A DNA stretch of 46,059 nucleotides from a virus (lineage: Duplodnaviria > Caudoviricetes): positions 1-46,059 of IMG/VR virus record IMGVR_UViG_3300005323_000061; one strand, written 5' to 3'. Numbering within the stretch: the first letter of the stretch is position 1; each line of letters starts with the position of its first letter. The translations under genes and the position numbers were made by a program. Under the pieces are notes generated by a model that was given only the letters and a program-made list of their open reading frames with translations, searched no databases and was not told the origin of the DNA. Below, in pieces: positions 35,797-45,665 of this stretch.

Positions 35797-36250
35797 CTTC
35801 CCACTCCTGAATTGCCTTCTTTAAACCATAATCAATTGCGTCATTTTGGAACATGTGGAACGAATTCACAATCTGCGGCCTTATTCCCTTGCGTTTCTTT
35901 CCAGCCTTCCAACCTTCCGAGAATCTGTACCAATACACCATCTCATTTTCTGAAGTATAATCGTCTGTTCCCCCCCAAAGGAGTTCTTCTAGGTTCCACC
36001 CATCAACTTCCTTTTCAGCAAATATTTTCCACTTTAAAAATCTTCCGTCAAAATTAAGAGATACGACCCACGTATCAATAAGATGCTCCCCTTCACGTTT
36101 CATCTTTTTGGGCGTTTCCTCATCGTAAAATAACTGCTTTCCGTTTTGAAAATATCTTTGTATCCATATGTCAGGGTTGCTTAAGTACTCATGTATGTAC
36201 GTTTCCGCTCTGGAGAAAATGCGTTCCCACTCTTCTGCTGACGGATACAT
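35774..36250 (-). CDS. Putative neck/morphogenesis protein
   Basis: ETP...G.HL.D.W, L..GT and GI.P motifs resembling HK97 gp10-like proteins; synteny. Confidence 0.5.
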   Translation of the reverse strand: MYPSAEEWERIFSRAETYIHEYLSNPDIWIQRYFQNGKQLFYDEETPKKMKREGEHLIDTWVVSLNFDGRFLKWKIFAEKEVDGWNLEELLWGGTDDYTSENEMVYWYRFSEGWKAGKKRKGIRPQIVNSFHMFQNDAIDYGLKKAIQEWEDDIDSND

Positions 36251-36271
36251 TATATAAAAATAAGATGGAAG

Positions 36272-36284
36272 AGTATAAATAGTT
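36272..36284 (-). promoter_or_regulatory. BRE/TATA-like promoter (leaderless spacing)
   Basis: AACTATTTATACT about 22 nt upstream of ATG 36250. Confidence 0.55.
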
Positions 36285-36288
36285 AGGG

Positions 36289-37044
36289 TTAGTCAAACAT
36301 GCTCCCTTCTATTGGGAAACGCTTGAACTTGTCTAGTGTGAGCCTCACGTTTTCAGTCAAGACAGCACTCTCATTCATGATATCCATCATCTGACTGAAG
36401 TCTCTGATACCCTGCGCGCGGATAGTTGTAACTTCCTGTATCTTCTTCTTGGCTAACAGGAGATTCCCCATCATCCTTAATGCACAGAGTTGTATCTCTT
36501 TGTATTGGTTAGACGAGGTTGGATAACCGCAAGTATAAACTATCTCTACGTTATTCTCTCCGTACATAGGAATGTTAGTATGGAATATGATTGCTGTTAC
36601 TTCATTCTTAGTACTAACCTCAAAGTCTCCTGCTACACCCGCAGAGCGCTGTGTTCTAGCAGTCCATGAAGGTGCTGAGGTTTTAGGAGAAACATCTTCT
36701 TTAACTGAAGTCAAAGTATTAAAAACTTCCCGTAAGTAGAAAGTCTTATCTGACATTAAATAGGTCGTTCCCTGCGTATCTAACCCATATGTGAAGTATC
36801 TTGGAGAATATCCGCCCATCTCATCATCGTTGGCCCCCCTACCCGAATGATATTCGGTGATTGTAGTTGTTGGATCAAAAGAGGTTACATTACAATACCG
36901 GTTAATCATTTGTTCAATATAAGGGATATATGCTGTAATCATTGCGGCCCACTGAACCGAACTCATTACAGCGCCAGCAACTTTGAAATCAGTATATGTG
37001 AATCCCGTATATGTCTCTATATCCGCTTGTGTAATGTATGCCAT
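36289..37044 (-). CDS. Head-tail connector (adaptor) protein
   Basis: MAYIT.ADI N-terminus, I.RYCN..F, NVEIVYTCGY and L..FKR motifs. Confidence 0.8.
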   Translation of the reverse strand: MAYITQADIETYTGFTYTDFKVAGAVMSSVQWAAMITAYIPYIEQMINRYCNVTSFDPTTTITEYHSGRGANDDEMGGYSPRYFTYGLDTQGTTYLMSDKTFYLREVFNTLTSVKEDVSPKTSAPSWTARTQRSAGVAGDFEVSTKNEVTAIIFHTNIPMYGENNVEIVYTCGYPTSSNQYKEIQLCALRMMGNLLLAKKKIQEVTTIRAQGIRDFSQMMDIMNESAVLTENVRLTLDKFKRFPIEGSMFD

Positions 37045-37056
37045 AACCCACCTATT

Positions 37057-37368
37057 TTATGCGCAGAATTTCTCGTATGTTGAATACATTTCCTGCACTA
37101 ACTTATTCTCTTTATCTAGTTTCTTGAATTGCTTTCTGATGATATCTAATTCAACATCATCAAACTCAAACTCTTTCGGAACATTACCTTTCTCGTTCCA
37201 ACTAGACCCTTCGTCATTATAGGTTATTCCGAGTTCGGCAATCTCTTCTGACTGAAAACCAACCTTTGTTACTAAGCCTCTGAGAACCTTAAGTGTAATA
37301 TAATTCCCTTCTTTTGGGAGTGTATTAAGCACCGCAAGCCTTTCTAATACTGTAAGTCCTACTTTCAT
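37057..37368 (-). CDS. Hypothetical virion-module protein
   Basis: ATG ORF with a TATA box upstream, inside the structural operon. Confidence 0.7.
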   Translation of the reverse strand: MKVGLTVLERLAVLNTLPKEGNYITLKVLRGLVTKVGFQSEEIAELGITYNDEGSSWNEKGNVPKEFEFDDVELDIIRKQFKKLDKENKLVQEMYSTYEKFCA

Positions 37369-37405
37369 GTTATAGTATTACCACTCAAAAAATATATATG
37401 TTATG

Positions 37406-38125
37406 TTATTCTGCTTCCATGAACGGAATCCACTTGGCAACACCATTAATAAGGACTTTAATGGTTCCGTGCTGTGTTCCTGCCGCCGTGTGGGTGTAAA
37501 GACTCTTGCCGGTGCCATCCGCTCCTGCAAACGAGAAGTACGGCGTTGTGCCTACATCTGTATTAAGGTGAAGCATTGACTGGGCGCCTGTTGAACCTGC
37601 CTCTTCTACAAGACTAACCACATGGCACATCTGACTGCACGTTCCAGCCCCTTCTATGATAAAGAGTCCAGCATTAACCCACCCCTTTGATACGGTTGAA
37701 GTATCAAAAGTTACTTTTGCTGAGAGCGCTGTTAAGTGAGCATTCGCATCAGTTGTTGCTACAGTTGCAGATGCCCCAAATACTAAATGGGTTTGCAACC
37801 CATACGCATCAAAGACATTGTGCGAAATGGTTGTACGAACCATAACGTTAGCGATCTGCCCGCTCATTGCTGCCGCAGTAACAACTTTAAAGTACGAAGT
37901 ACCCACTGTAGAACTTGCCGCATCTGCCGCTACGCTGAGGTATGCCTGAATGGGAACATATGTCCCTGTTGCACTGACCGACTTTGCAGAACCAATAGTC
38001 TTAGTAGTTACTGCTGAGTCAGTAGTGATTGATAGATTGGGGAATACAAATCCGCCAGTACATGTTGGTGAGAGGGTAACGGTTTTACCATCATCCGAAC
38101 TCTTGAAGAACCTATACCACTTCAT
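37406..38125 (-). CDS. Putative minor virion/head fibre protein
   Basis: T/S/A-rich beta composition; fibre-like C-terminus G.IKV.ING..KWIP. Confidence 0.55.
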   Translation of the reverse strand: MKWYRFFKSSDDGKTVTLSPTCTGGFVFPNLSITTDSAVTTKTIGSAKSVSATGTYVPIQAYLSVAADAASSTVGTSYFKVVTAAAMSGQIANVMVRTTISHNVFDAYGLQTHLVFGASATVATTDANAHLTALSAKVTFDTSTVSKGWVNAGLFIIEGAGTCSQMCHVVSLVEEAGSTGAQSMLHLNTDVGTTPYFSFAGADGTGKSLYTHTAAGTQHGTIKVLINGVAKWIPFMEAE

Positions 38126-38151
38126 TTAAACATCTCCTAAAAATAGGGAAT

Positions 38152-38697
38152 CTAAGACTCCCTCTGTGCGCTGAATAACTTTACACCCGGGTCTACAGGC
38201 ATTGGGTAGAACATCAGGATTTCTTTTCCTACAGATGAACTATCCATAACAACCTGATTCAGGATATAAATCGGGTCGTTGTTAGCCACACCGGTTGCGC
38301 TTGCGGTTGTACCTAAGCACCCTCTCCGAACGGTTAATGTTGAACCGGTCGTTGTTGGTGTGCTATCTGCGGTACAATACATAATCTCCCCGCTTGCAGT
38401 AAGGATGTAATACGGGGGCAGGCGGGTTGCTACAACAGAGTCAACTACGATTGAAGTTGTGGTTGCAGTATACGCCGTGCTTGCGTTATTAATCTTACCG
38501 CTTCCATACGAGACCGTATCGTTAACGCAACTTGCGGTGTCATTAACGATAGTGAAGGTGGATGCATTAACTGGGATCACACCGGGGTAGTTCGTGAAAC
38601 TAAAGTAATCTGCCTGAGCAGCCTTAGCCACAAACACAACGCTCGGTACGAGGTGCATCACCTGAAAGTCGTATTTAGTAGTAATGTTAGATGCCAT
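38152..38697 (-). CDS. Putative capsid decoration protein
   Basis: Directly after the major capsid gene; EIM......LTVRRG..GT.A module. Confidence 0.55.
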   Translation of the reverse strand: MASNITTKYDFQVMHLVPSVVFVAKAAQADYFSFTNYPGVIPVNASTFTIVNDTASCVNDTVSYGSGKINNASTAYTATTTSIVVDSVVATRLPPYYILTASGEIMYCTADSTPTTTGSTLTVRRGCLGTTASATGVANNDPIYILNQVVMDSSSVGKEILMFYPMPVDPGVKLFSAQRES

Positions 38698-38708
38698 CTT
38701 CTTTCACC

Positions 38709-40019
38709 TCAAGCGATTGAGAACACGCCGCCGTGTAATGAATATGCCGGTATTCCGCCACCAGTTGCGTCATTCCCAATATCTGACTTGTCGATAAGAG
38801 TTTCTGCCGCAGAGATAACGAATTTCTGCGAGAGGTTGATCTTAGCGAGTTCCTCATAGAGGTCCTGCCACAGCGTCCTGCGCGCAACAAGGCGGGTATC
38901 CAGAAGCATGATTGCTCCGTAACCTGCTCCCATTGGCATGAACGGGTGCGGGACAAGCGAGAGACCGTCTGCGTTCGGGAACACGAGGTTAATCTTTGAA
39001 ATACCCTGTGTGAACTTCATTACGGGTTCAGTACGGAAGTATTCCATGAGACCGCGCCGGATAATACCGAACGTGCGGTAGTCACACACTGCAAGGTTGG
39101 GCTCCATTGCCATCTTAACCATGTTGCGGTAAGACTCATCGAGGTCTGCCATGATTTGATCGTAGGTTGCCCCACCGGAAGTAACCCATGTCTTCGGGGT
39201 AGTTCCAGTCGTAGCAGTGTTCGTAGTAATCAGTTCGTAAAGACCCTGATACTCGTTGGTGCTTGCTGCTGTGAACAGGTTCGTAGTTGAAGTAACATCA
39301 GAAGTTACACCGAGCATCCGCCTCTCACGAAGCGCGCGGAGTGCATCCTGAGCCGCATCAATACGGATAGCAATCATGTCACGAGCCGGAACCTGTGCGA
39401 GACCTGCAAACTGTGCTGCTTTCGTGATACGTCCAACCGAATACAGGAACTTAATGAACGCGGACCGGTTGTGCGTAGTAATGTCAGTCTCGGTAAACTG
39501 TTGGTCTTCAACACCAAATATTGACTGACCGAACTCATACGGACCCACGACATCCCAAAGTGCCTGCCGACCCTTATTTGCTTCGGTAGGGATAAGTGCC
39601 TGCAATGGGTACGGACGCTTATACAGGTAGGTTACACCCTCGTCTGCGATTACGTGCATGAGGTTAGAACCAGTACTTGAAGAAGTACCCATAGTCATTG
39701 CTTTAGAGATTTCTACACCACTTGCTTTGTGGATAGCCGCGATTTGATCACGGAGTTTCTGTGTGTCTTCACGATACTGTTCTGCATCGGGCTCTCCGTA
39801 ATTACCGCACTCAAAAATTGCCTTCTGAATAATCTCATCGGGGATTGGTGCGACTAACGGGAGCATCCCAATATCTTTACTTGATGCAAAACGTTCCTGA
39901 GCCCTCTGCGCGGCATACGTGGTATTAATCGCAGTTCCATTAGGAATGCGGTCCCAGTATGCTTCTGCCATGAGGTCAAAGTTAGTTTTAGAGTCTCTTG
40001 ATCCAAACGCTACACTCAT
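38709..40019 (-). CDS. Major capsid protein (HK97 fold, inferred)
   Basis: Follows the protease/scaffold gene; EYQGL..LI and E.LAK motifs; size 436 aa. Confidence 0.8.
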   Translation of the reverse strand: MSVAFGSRDSKTNFDLMAEAYWDRIPNGTAINTTYAAQRAQERFASSKDIGMLPLVAPIPDEIIQKAIFECGNYGEPDAEQYREDTQKLRDQIAAIHKASGVEISKAMTMGTSSSTGSNLMHVIADEGVTYLYKRPYPLQALIPTEANKGRQALWDVVGPYEFGQSIFGVEDQQFTETDITTHNRSAFIKFLYSVGRITKAAQFAGLAQVPARDMIAIRIDAAQDALRALRERRMLGVTSDVTSTTNLFTAASTNEYQGLYELITTNTATTGTTPKTWVTSGGATYDQIMADLDESYRNMVKMAMEPNLAVCDYRTFGIIRRGLMEYFRTEPVMKFTQGISKINLVFPNADGLSLVPHPFMPMGAGYGAIMLLDTRLVARRTLWQDLYEELAKINLSQKFVISAAETLIDKSDIGNDATGGGIPAYSLHGGVFSIA

Positions 40020-40020
40020 A

Positions 40021-41832
40021 TTAGCCCCTCTTTAAGAAGTTATTAATAGCCTCGTAGTTCAACGGCTGACCGTCAACTTTCCCATCTTCTCCGGGAATAA
40101 GAACGGCTGCCTTAACCATAGGCTGTTCTTTGATCTCTTTGAGTTCTTTCTTGAGTTCTTCAATTTGTCCCTCAAAGGCTTTCTTGATTTCATCAACCGC
40201 AGCAGTAACGCTTGCCTTGACAATTTCATCAGTACTCTTCATGTTAGCCTTAACAATCTCTTCAACAAACTCTTCATCAGTCTGTTCAAGATTGGCTTTC
40301 TCGATTACATTTTCATCTGCCATAGTATCTCCTTTAATAAGTTTTCCTGTACGCATGTTCCTACCTTGATTTAATCTACTAAGATTTTTACCAACGCCAA
40401 ATCTATCCGCACCGCTTTCAGAATCTTTCTTTGTTGATATTGACGCTCCCTCAGTTCTTGTTCCTGACCAACTTCCTTTCTCAACCACTTTCTCTTTCTT
40501 TTCAGGAACATTACCAACTGCGGGGCGTTCCGGCCCTTTAGCAACTTCCTTAATATCTTTATTAACGGGTTGGGAAGTGCTATTCTTAGTTGCCGGTTCC
40601 TCGGTTATCTTAGGGCGTTTAGACTTGTGGAACCGCTTGGTTCTTTCTTCGGCTTCTTCAACTTCCTTAGATTCCATGCCCTCGCGTTTCTCTTCGTCCT
40701 CCCATTCCTTTTTGGGTTTCACGTCCTTGTCGGCTTTCTCCATGCTTGCGTGGACTTCCTTATCCTTCTCGACCATTTTCTTATCCGATTGGATAAGTTT
40801 CTTAAGCATCGAATAAATACCAGTTAAGGACTCCTTAGCCTTGTGGAGTGTTTCTTTGCCTTCACACGAAGCACATTTCTCTACTTCACTTCCTTCGTAC
40901 TCAACATGACCCGCATGAGAGCGCGGCTTGTCGTTGGTCGAGGAGTTCTCCTGTGACGCTCTTGATTGTTTTACAGATGCGTTTTGTGTGCGGGTTGACT
41001 TTTCAACCTCGTCCTTCTCTTCATCCTCGTCTTCTTTTTCAGATACTTCTTTTACTCTCACATCCTTACCTCCCCTTTTAACCCCATCATAAGTTCCATG
41101 TATTAAAGCATTTCCACCATTACTATCTGTATTTAAAGCCTTTATAATGGTTTCGGTCTCGTATATAAATCCTACCTCTCCTTTGGCTAAAGTCATTGAG
41201 GTGGAATCGTTCCTTGCATTCACATCACAAGCACTAATCGAGTCTAATCTAATCTTGTTAGAAATACAAGGGGTTGCACGCTGATTAGGATTTAAACCGC
41301 AGGATTCGTTTCCTTTCAACCGTGCACCAAATATACTTACATGGTCATATTCGCCTTTCTGTACCTTACTCCACGCATCATCAACATCTTTAGTTGCTTT
41401 AAAGAGCGCATTAAAGTGGAACGCATCTGCCTCTTCCCAAACCTTAGTTACAACTCCTAACACTCTTTCTTTGTGGAAGTCGTGGAGAATTGGGAGATGC
41501 ATAAAGTCGGGGATAGCATCACTCATTGCGGCCTTAGTTATAATTTCTCTATCTTTATCCACTTTAGGCACATGGAAAGTGCCAGTAACTTTGCGAGGAC
41601 TATTAAGTATATCATTTGGTTCAAACTCCCATGCTTTGACTACCGGACCTATCTCCTTTAAGTCTTTCTTTTCAGGGGATGGTTCGCTCTCAACAAACTC
41701 TTTTGAGAGTCCCTTCTCTAAATCTGCTTTCATCTTACCACAAACCTTTTCTGCAACCTCTTTTGTGTACTTTCCGCTTGCCATTCTCTTTTTGATACAG
41801 TCATCCCAGTCTTTTGAGTCACCGAACGGCAT
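40021..41832 (-). CDS. Prohead protease fused to scaffold region
   Basis: VDKDREII...A, ILHDFH...LG, W.KV..G.Y..VSIFG and LDSIS.C...N protease motifs; charged coiled-coil C-terminus. Start taken at MPFG (the frame is open to 41889). Confidence 0.85.
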   Translation of the reverse strand: MPFGDSKDWDDCIKKRMASGKYTKEVAEKVCGKMKADLEKGLSKEFVESEPSPEKKDLKEIGPVVKAWEFEPNDILNSPRKVTGTFHVPKVDKDREIITKAAMSDAIPDFMHLPILHDFHKERVLGVVTKVWEEADAFHFNALFKATKDVDDAWSKVQKGEYDHVSIFGARLKGNESCGLNPNQRATPCISNKIRLDSISACDVNARNDSTSMTLAKGEVGFIYETETIIKALNTDSNGGNALIHGTYDGVKRGGKDVRVKEVSEKEDEDEEKDEVEKSTRTQNASVKQSRASQENSSTNDKPRSHAGHVEYEGSEVEKCASCEGKETLHKAKESLTGIYSMLKKLIQSDKKMVEKDKEVHASMEKADKDVKPKKEWEDEEKREGMESKEVEEAEERTKRFHKSKRPKITEEPATKNSTSQPVNKDIKEVAKGPERPAVGNVPEKKEKVVEKGSWSGTRTEGASISTKKDSESGADRFGVGKNLSRLNQGRNMRTGKLIKGDTMADENVIEKANLEQTDEEFVEEIVKANMKSTDEIVKASVTAAVDEIKKAFEGQIEELKKELKEIKEQPMVKAAVLIPGEDGKVDGQPLNYEAINNFLKRG

Positions 41833-41934
41833 TTTCAACCTTCCCGCATTTCTTACAACGTCTTGCCAAGACCGTTTTTCCATCAACAACCCACTGTTTC
41901 TTTCTCCCCCACTTATGGAGTCCGATCAAACACA

Positions 41935-42801
41935 TTATGATTCTAACCACCCCCTGTATGCAGAATTACAAAGTGCATTTGCATTGGCAGCATCACCTGT
42001 AACAGAGACTTTTATATCGGTGCCGCTAATAAATTTCAATGGTAACACTAATGTTTGGGTGTAAGCACCATCGGTTAATCCGACCTCGTGGTAGTTATAA
42101 AAGAAATTTATAAGAGAGGAAGTTAGATCATCGTATGTTGCTCTTAATGTGAATCTAACGTAATGTCCAACCGTCGAAGAACCAACAGAATATGAAATCT
42201 GTGCTATATAAAGTGTCTTATTGACCGGGACTGTATATATTGAGTTCCTAGCACGAGTGAATCCTGCTAGAATTCTAGTGTAAATTGGAGTGTCTGATAA
42301 GTGTCTTACATCAATATTCCCCGCAGCAACCTTATTTGCACCTGTAGTTAATACACGGAAGTTATTAACTCTATAAATATCGTCTGCTACTGTTGGAACC
42401 GCGTTTGTACCATTAAGCGTTATAGTCTCTGTTTTTTCAACAAAAGCGGTTGTTAGATAGTATAATTTAACTGTCTGAGCGCCAGTACCAGCACTACTAT
42501 CATCAGCACTTGAAGAGATGACTTCCATCCTCATAGCACCAGTGGGGAATACATAAACTCCCCCAACACCCCACATATCTTCTTCTGCGGCATCAACATC
42601 GGGATTGAATGCTATTTTAGTGTAAGCAGTATGATTGGGGACATTTCCCTCAACAATCTCAAACCCATATTCGTTTGATGAAACTCTTAGTTTAAGATCG
42701 GTTGTTAATGGATTATTTTTTAATGCTACATTAAGTGGGTTGTTACTAGCAGTAACGTTTATAGCCGGGTTGCTCAATATAGATGTTACACTAGTTACCA
42801 T
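41935..42801 (-). CDS. Conserved phage virion-associated protein
   Basis: NPDVD..EDMW..GG.Y.FP, SSSA.D..AGTGA.TV and ETITLNGT..V motifs common in phage structural modules. Confidence 0.6.
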   Translation of the reverse strand: MVTSVTSILSNPAINVTASNNPLNVALKNNPLTTDLKLRVSSNEYGFEIVEGNVPNHTAYTKIAFNPDVDAAEEDMWGVGGVYVFPTGAMRMEVISSSADDSSAGTGAQTVKLYYLTTAFVEKTETITLNGTNAVPTVADDIYRVNNFRVLTTGANKVAAGNIDVRHLSDTPIYTRILAGFTRARNSIYTVPVNKTLYIAQISYSVGSSTVGHYVRFTLRATYDDLTSSLINFFYNYHEVGLTDGAYTQTLVLPLKFISGTDIKVSVTGDAANANALCNSAYRGWLES

Positions 42802-44927
42802 TTCATCACATTCACTATAGTTGTATTACTTGAATAGTCAGAGAGTGTTGAGTTCACTGTAAGATTTACTGTATAAGTACCACGACTATACCATTGCTTA
42901 TAGCAGTTCTGCGTGTAACAATGCGTGCCATCTCCCCAGTTCCAGTCCCATGATGTAGGCGTTCCTGTGCTTGCGTCTGTAAATAAAATTCCTTGAGGCC
43001 ACATTAATGAGAAGGGGCCGGGCCAAGGTGTGAACTGGGACATTAACACATATGGGCTGTCCAAAGAATACCATTCAGAGATCGTTGTTGTTGAGTACCC
43101 ATTATCTTTTATCCACATAGAGAGTTTATCTAATTTATCGGGAGTCCACGATAATATATCTGGATCGTAATTTGATATTTGGTGAAGCATTATATCTACA
43201 GTTTGGTTTGCAGTCCCGTTGAATATTACGCCTTTAACGTACTCTGGATCTGTTGTATTTGAAATCGCGACTGTAACGGGTAAGTAATAAATTTCTGGGT
43301 ACACCACAGGTATTGTAATAAAAGTCCCCTCACCCCATGCAGTTCTGGCGGCTAAAACCCCTACGCTTTTTGCAGACGCTATTACAGATGAGTCGTACGC
43401 CCCCCCGGGGTATATGAGAAAACGTGCCGATCTGGTAAAATTCTGATTCAATAACCACGTCTGACCGTCACCTATAAGTCTTATTTGCTCAGACGAATTA
43501 ATCGAAGTTAAATCTTTATGGTCAGAGCAATGATTCGATACGTCCCACCCTGCGTTATAAAGAGTTGTCATATTTTGGGTAGTGATAGAATCATCATCAA
43601 CATAAGCCCCAGAACTATCCCAATAAAAACTTAAGGGCAGCCCGGTATAATATGTACGATTTGTGACAACGGCTATGGTCGCGGTTTGTCCATATTTTGA
43701 ATGAATCGGGTAAGCCAAATCAAAGATGTTGGGGAAACCGTCATCATAAATAAACATAACTTTGGGCCAGTTCTTAACAGCACATACAGGTATATCGGCT
43801 GTCGAATTTACCCAAGTGGAATTACAGATATCTCCATAACAGGTATGCGTAGAGATCGTATTTGTTGTGTTGGCCCAAACCGGATTCCACTCTTCATAAC
43901 TTAAGGTGGTGTTATGAACGAATGCCCCGTTTTTATAGATTGAGATGATATCAAAAGGACTTTGTTTTGTGTATGTCCAATTAATACTATTACAAGTTGA
44001 TGTATTAGATAAATCTGTTACCGGGAGAGGTACGTACGCAGGAGTTACATTTATCATGGCCGTAACATTTTTAGATGACATACCTCCGGGGTTTGTTGCG
44101 GTAAAATTGATGTTATATAACCCCGTGCTGGAATATATATTAACAGGGTCCCGCTCTGTGCTGGTCGCCCCATCACCGAAACTCCAGTTCCACGCGGTTG
44201 GAAAAGGGATTGTTGTATCTACAACTTTTTTATAGGGGGTTTCCGATATTTCCGGCTCAACTTGCGCCCCCCACAGTAAAACTCCGCCCACGTTATCTCC
44301 AGCAAAGTTTGTTGTAGTATTTGAAGTTGCAGGGTATATACGAACAAGAGTGTTTCCCGGAGCACCGGACCCCTCATATACAGACATGCGTATCCTATAC
44401 CACCCGGAACCGATCGATTCTATTGATGTCGCGGTTACTGGTCCCGCCGATGGGCCAACAGTCCCATTTCCAACATCAAAAAAACACTCGGGAGAGAGAC
44501 CGGAGTTGGTAGGCATTAATACTTTTATCCAAAACAATTCAGATGCTTTACTATATATTGAAAATGTATACACGGTGTTATTTGTAGCAGTAAATAATTG
44601 CTGTACATTATGGGTGTTTGTCGAATAGTCTGCGACTAACTTATCAGCAGTAAGTGTACCATCTGGCGCAAGGTCAGTATCTATTGTGATATTGAAGCGT
44701 GTCCCTGTCCATACAGAGTTGTTTAGTTGTTCGGAATATGTTAAGTCGTTTGCACCGGTTGTTTCATTAAATTGAACTGTAAACGGCGCTGGCCCCGTCG
44801 TTGCATTACTTGTAAAATTTGCCGCCGGGGGAAGGCTCGCACTTGCACCTCCCACCCCCAGCCCCGCAATAACCAGCACCGCCACTATTACGATAAGCAG
44901 CGGATTCGCTACCTTTCTCATGGTCAT
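42795..44927 (-). CDS. Secreted/anchored PKD-domain polysaccharide deacetylase (NodB/CE4) with spike-like domain
   Basis: N-terminal signal/TM segment; PKD motifs (WNWSFGDG, WDWNWGDG); CE4 motifs FIYDDG, NHCSDH, YPGG and MLH. Confidence 0.85.
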   Translation of the reverse strand: MTMRKVANPLLIVIVAVLVIAGLGVGGASASLPPAANFTSNATTGPAPFTVQFNETTGANDLTYSEQLNNSVWTGTRFNITIDTDLAPDGTLTADKLVADYSTNTHNVQQLFTATNNTVYTFSIYSKASELFWIKVLMPTNSGLSPECFFDVGNGTVGPSAGPVTATSIESIGSGWYRIRMSVYEGSGAPGNTLVRIYPATSNTTTNFAGDNVGGVLLWGAQVEPEISETPYKKVVDTTIPFPTAWNWSFGDGATSTERDPVNIYSSTGLYNINFTATNPGGMSSKNVTAMINVTPAYVPLPVTDLSNTSTCNSINWTYTKQSPFDIISIYKNGAFVHNTTLSYEEWNPVWANTTNTISTHTCYGDICNSTWVNSTADIPVCAVKNWPKVMFIYDDGFPNIFDLAYPIHSKYGQTATIAVVTNRTYYTGLPLSFYWDSSGAYVDDDSITTQNMTTLYNAGWDVSNHCSDHKDLTSINSSEQIRLIGDGQTWLLNQNFTRSARFLIYPGGAYDSSVIASAKSVGVLAARTAWGEGTFITIPVVYPEIYYLPVTVAISNTTDPEYVKGVIFNGTANQTVDIMLHQISNYDPDILSWTPDKLDKLSMWIKDNGYSTTTISEWYSLDSPYVLMSQFTPWPGPFSLMWPQGILFTDASTGTPTSWDWNWGDGTHCYTQNCYKQWYSRGTYTVNLTVNSTLSDYSSNTTIVNVMKW

Positions 44928-45265
44928 ACCTCACGGACAACTAACCTATAAGTACCTGCCGCAGTACCCGTATATTGGAAGTTTATAGTTTCTGTGTTAT
45001 TAACTAATATCTCTGCCGGATATAATGCACCTGCTGTTAGGGTTGATCCCCCGTAAAGAGTTGCTGTGGTTGTGGTTGCTCCCACCGTATATGTAACTGA
45101 TAGAACGCCCGCATTTGAGGGACAGAAATCTATTCGGAATATTCCTTGCGGCCTGATTGGTACTAGCCCAGTAGTTAAAAGATTTGAGCCTGCGCCCGGT
45201 AATGTACCCGCCTGAGTGTAGGTCCACTCTTTAAACCCACCGTTGTTTGAGATTATAACATCCAT
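44924..45265 (-). CDS. Hypothetical beta-sandwich protein
   Basis: G/T-rich ORF coupled to its neighbours. Confidence 0.65.
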   Translation of the reverse strand: MDVIISNNGGFKEWTYTQAGTLPGAGSNLLTTGLVPIRPQGIFRIDFCPSNAGVLSVTYTVGATTTTATLYGGSTLTAGALYPAEILVNNTETINFQYTGTAAGTYRLVVREV

Positions 45266-45267
45266 AA

Positions 45268-45663
45268 TTACGCTCCAAATATTTTTAATGCACCTGCAAC
45301 GCCAGTAGCATTACCCGCTAGGAATGCCGTGATATAGCCTTTTATTGATGGTGCGTTTTCCTCTAACTTCTTTGCCATGCGACCCATTGTTATTCCAGAA
45401 AGCCAATAGTGTGCCTCACTAACCCAAAATTCTGGAACTGGTGGGATATCTGCGGATGAAGTAACATCATTATACCCGATCATCGCCGCATATATGAATG
45501 CATGGCGTTCTGACCAAGTACTGAACGTTCCACCATACCCGGTGAACTTTTCCATCAGTTTAGCAACTACATCAGTACACTCAATCTCGCCTTTTCCTTC
45601 ATCCGGGTCTTTTGCATTAGGTCCAAAAAGATATGGATATTTTTCAACCCACTTTTGATCCAT
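45268..45663 (-). CDS. Hypothetical protein with C-terminal hydrophobic segment
   Basis: ATG ORF with GGAG RBS. Confidence 0.7.
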   Translation of the reverse strand: MDQKWVEKYPYLFGPNAKDPDEGKGEIECTDVVAKLMEKFTGYGGTFSTWSERHAFIYAAMIGYNDVTSSADIPPVPEFWVSEAHYWLSGITMGRMAKKLEENAPSIKGYITAFLAGNATGVAGALKIFGA

Positions 45664-45665
45664 AA

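Noticed and set aside
28989-45663. Plus-strand ORFs antisense to structural genes (e.g. 33409-33894, 41471-42064; likewise 648-1028)
   Set aside because: These are shadow frames of well-supported minus-strand genes, with no RBS or motifs.
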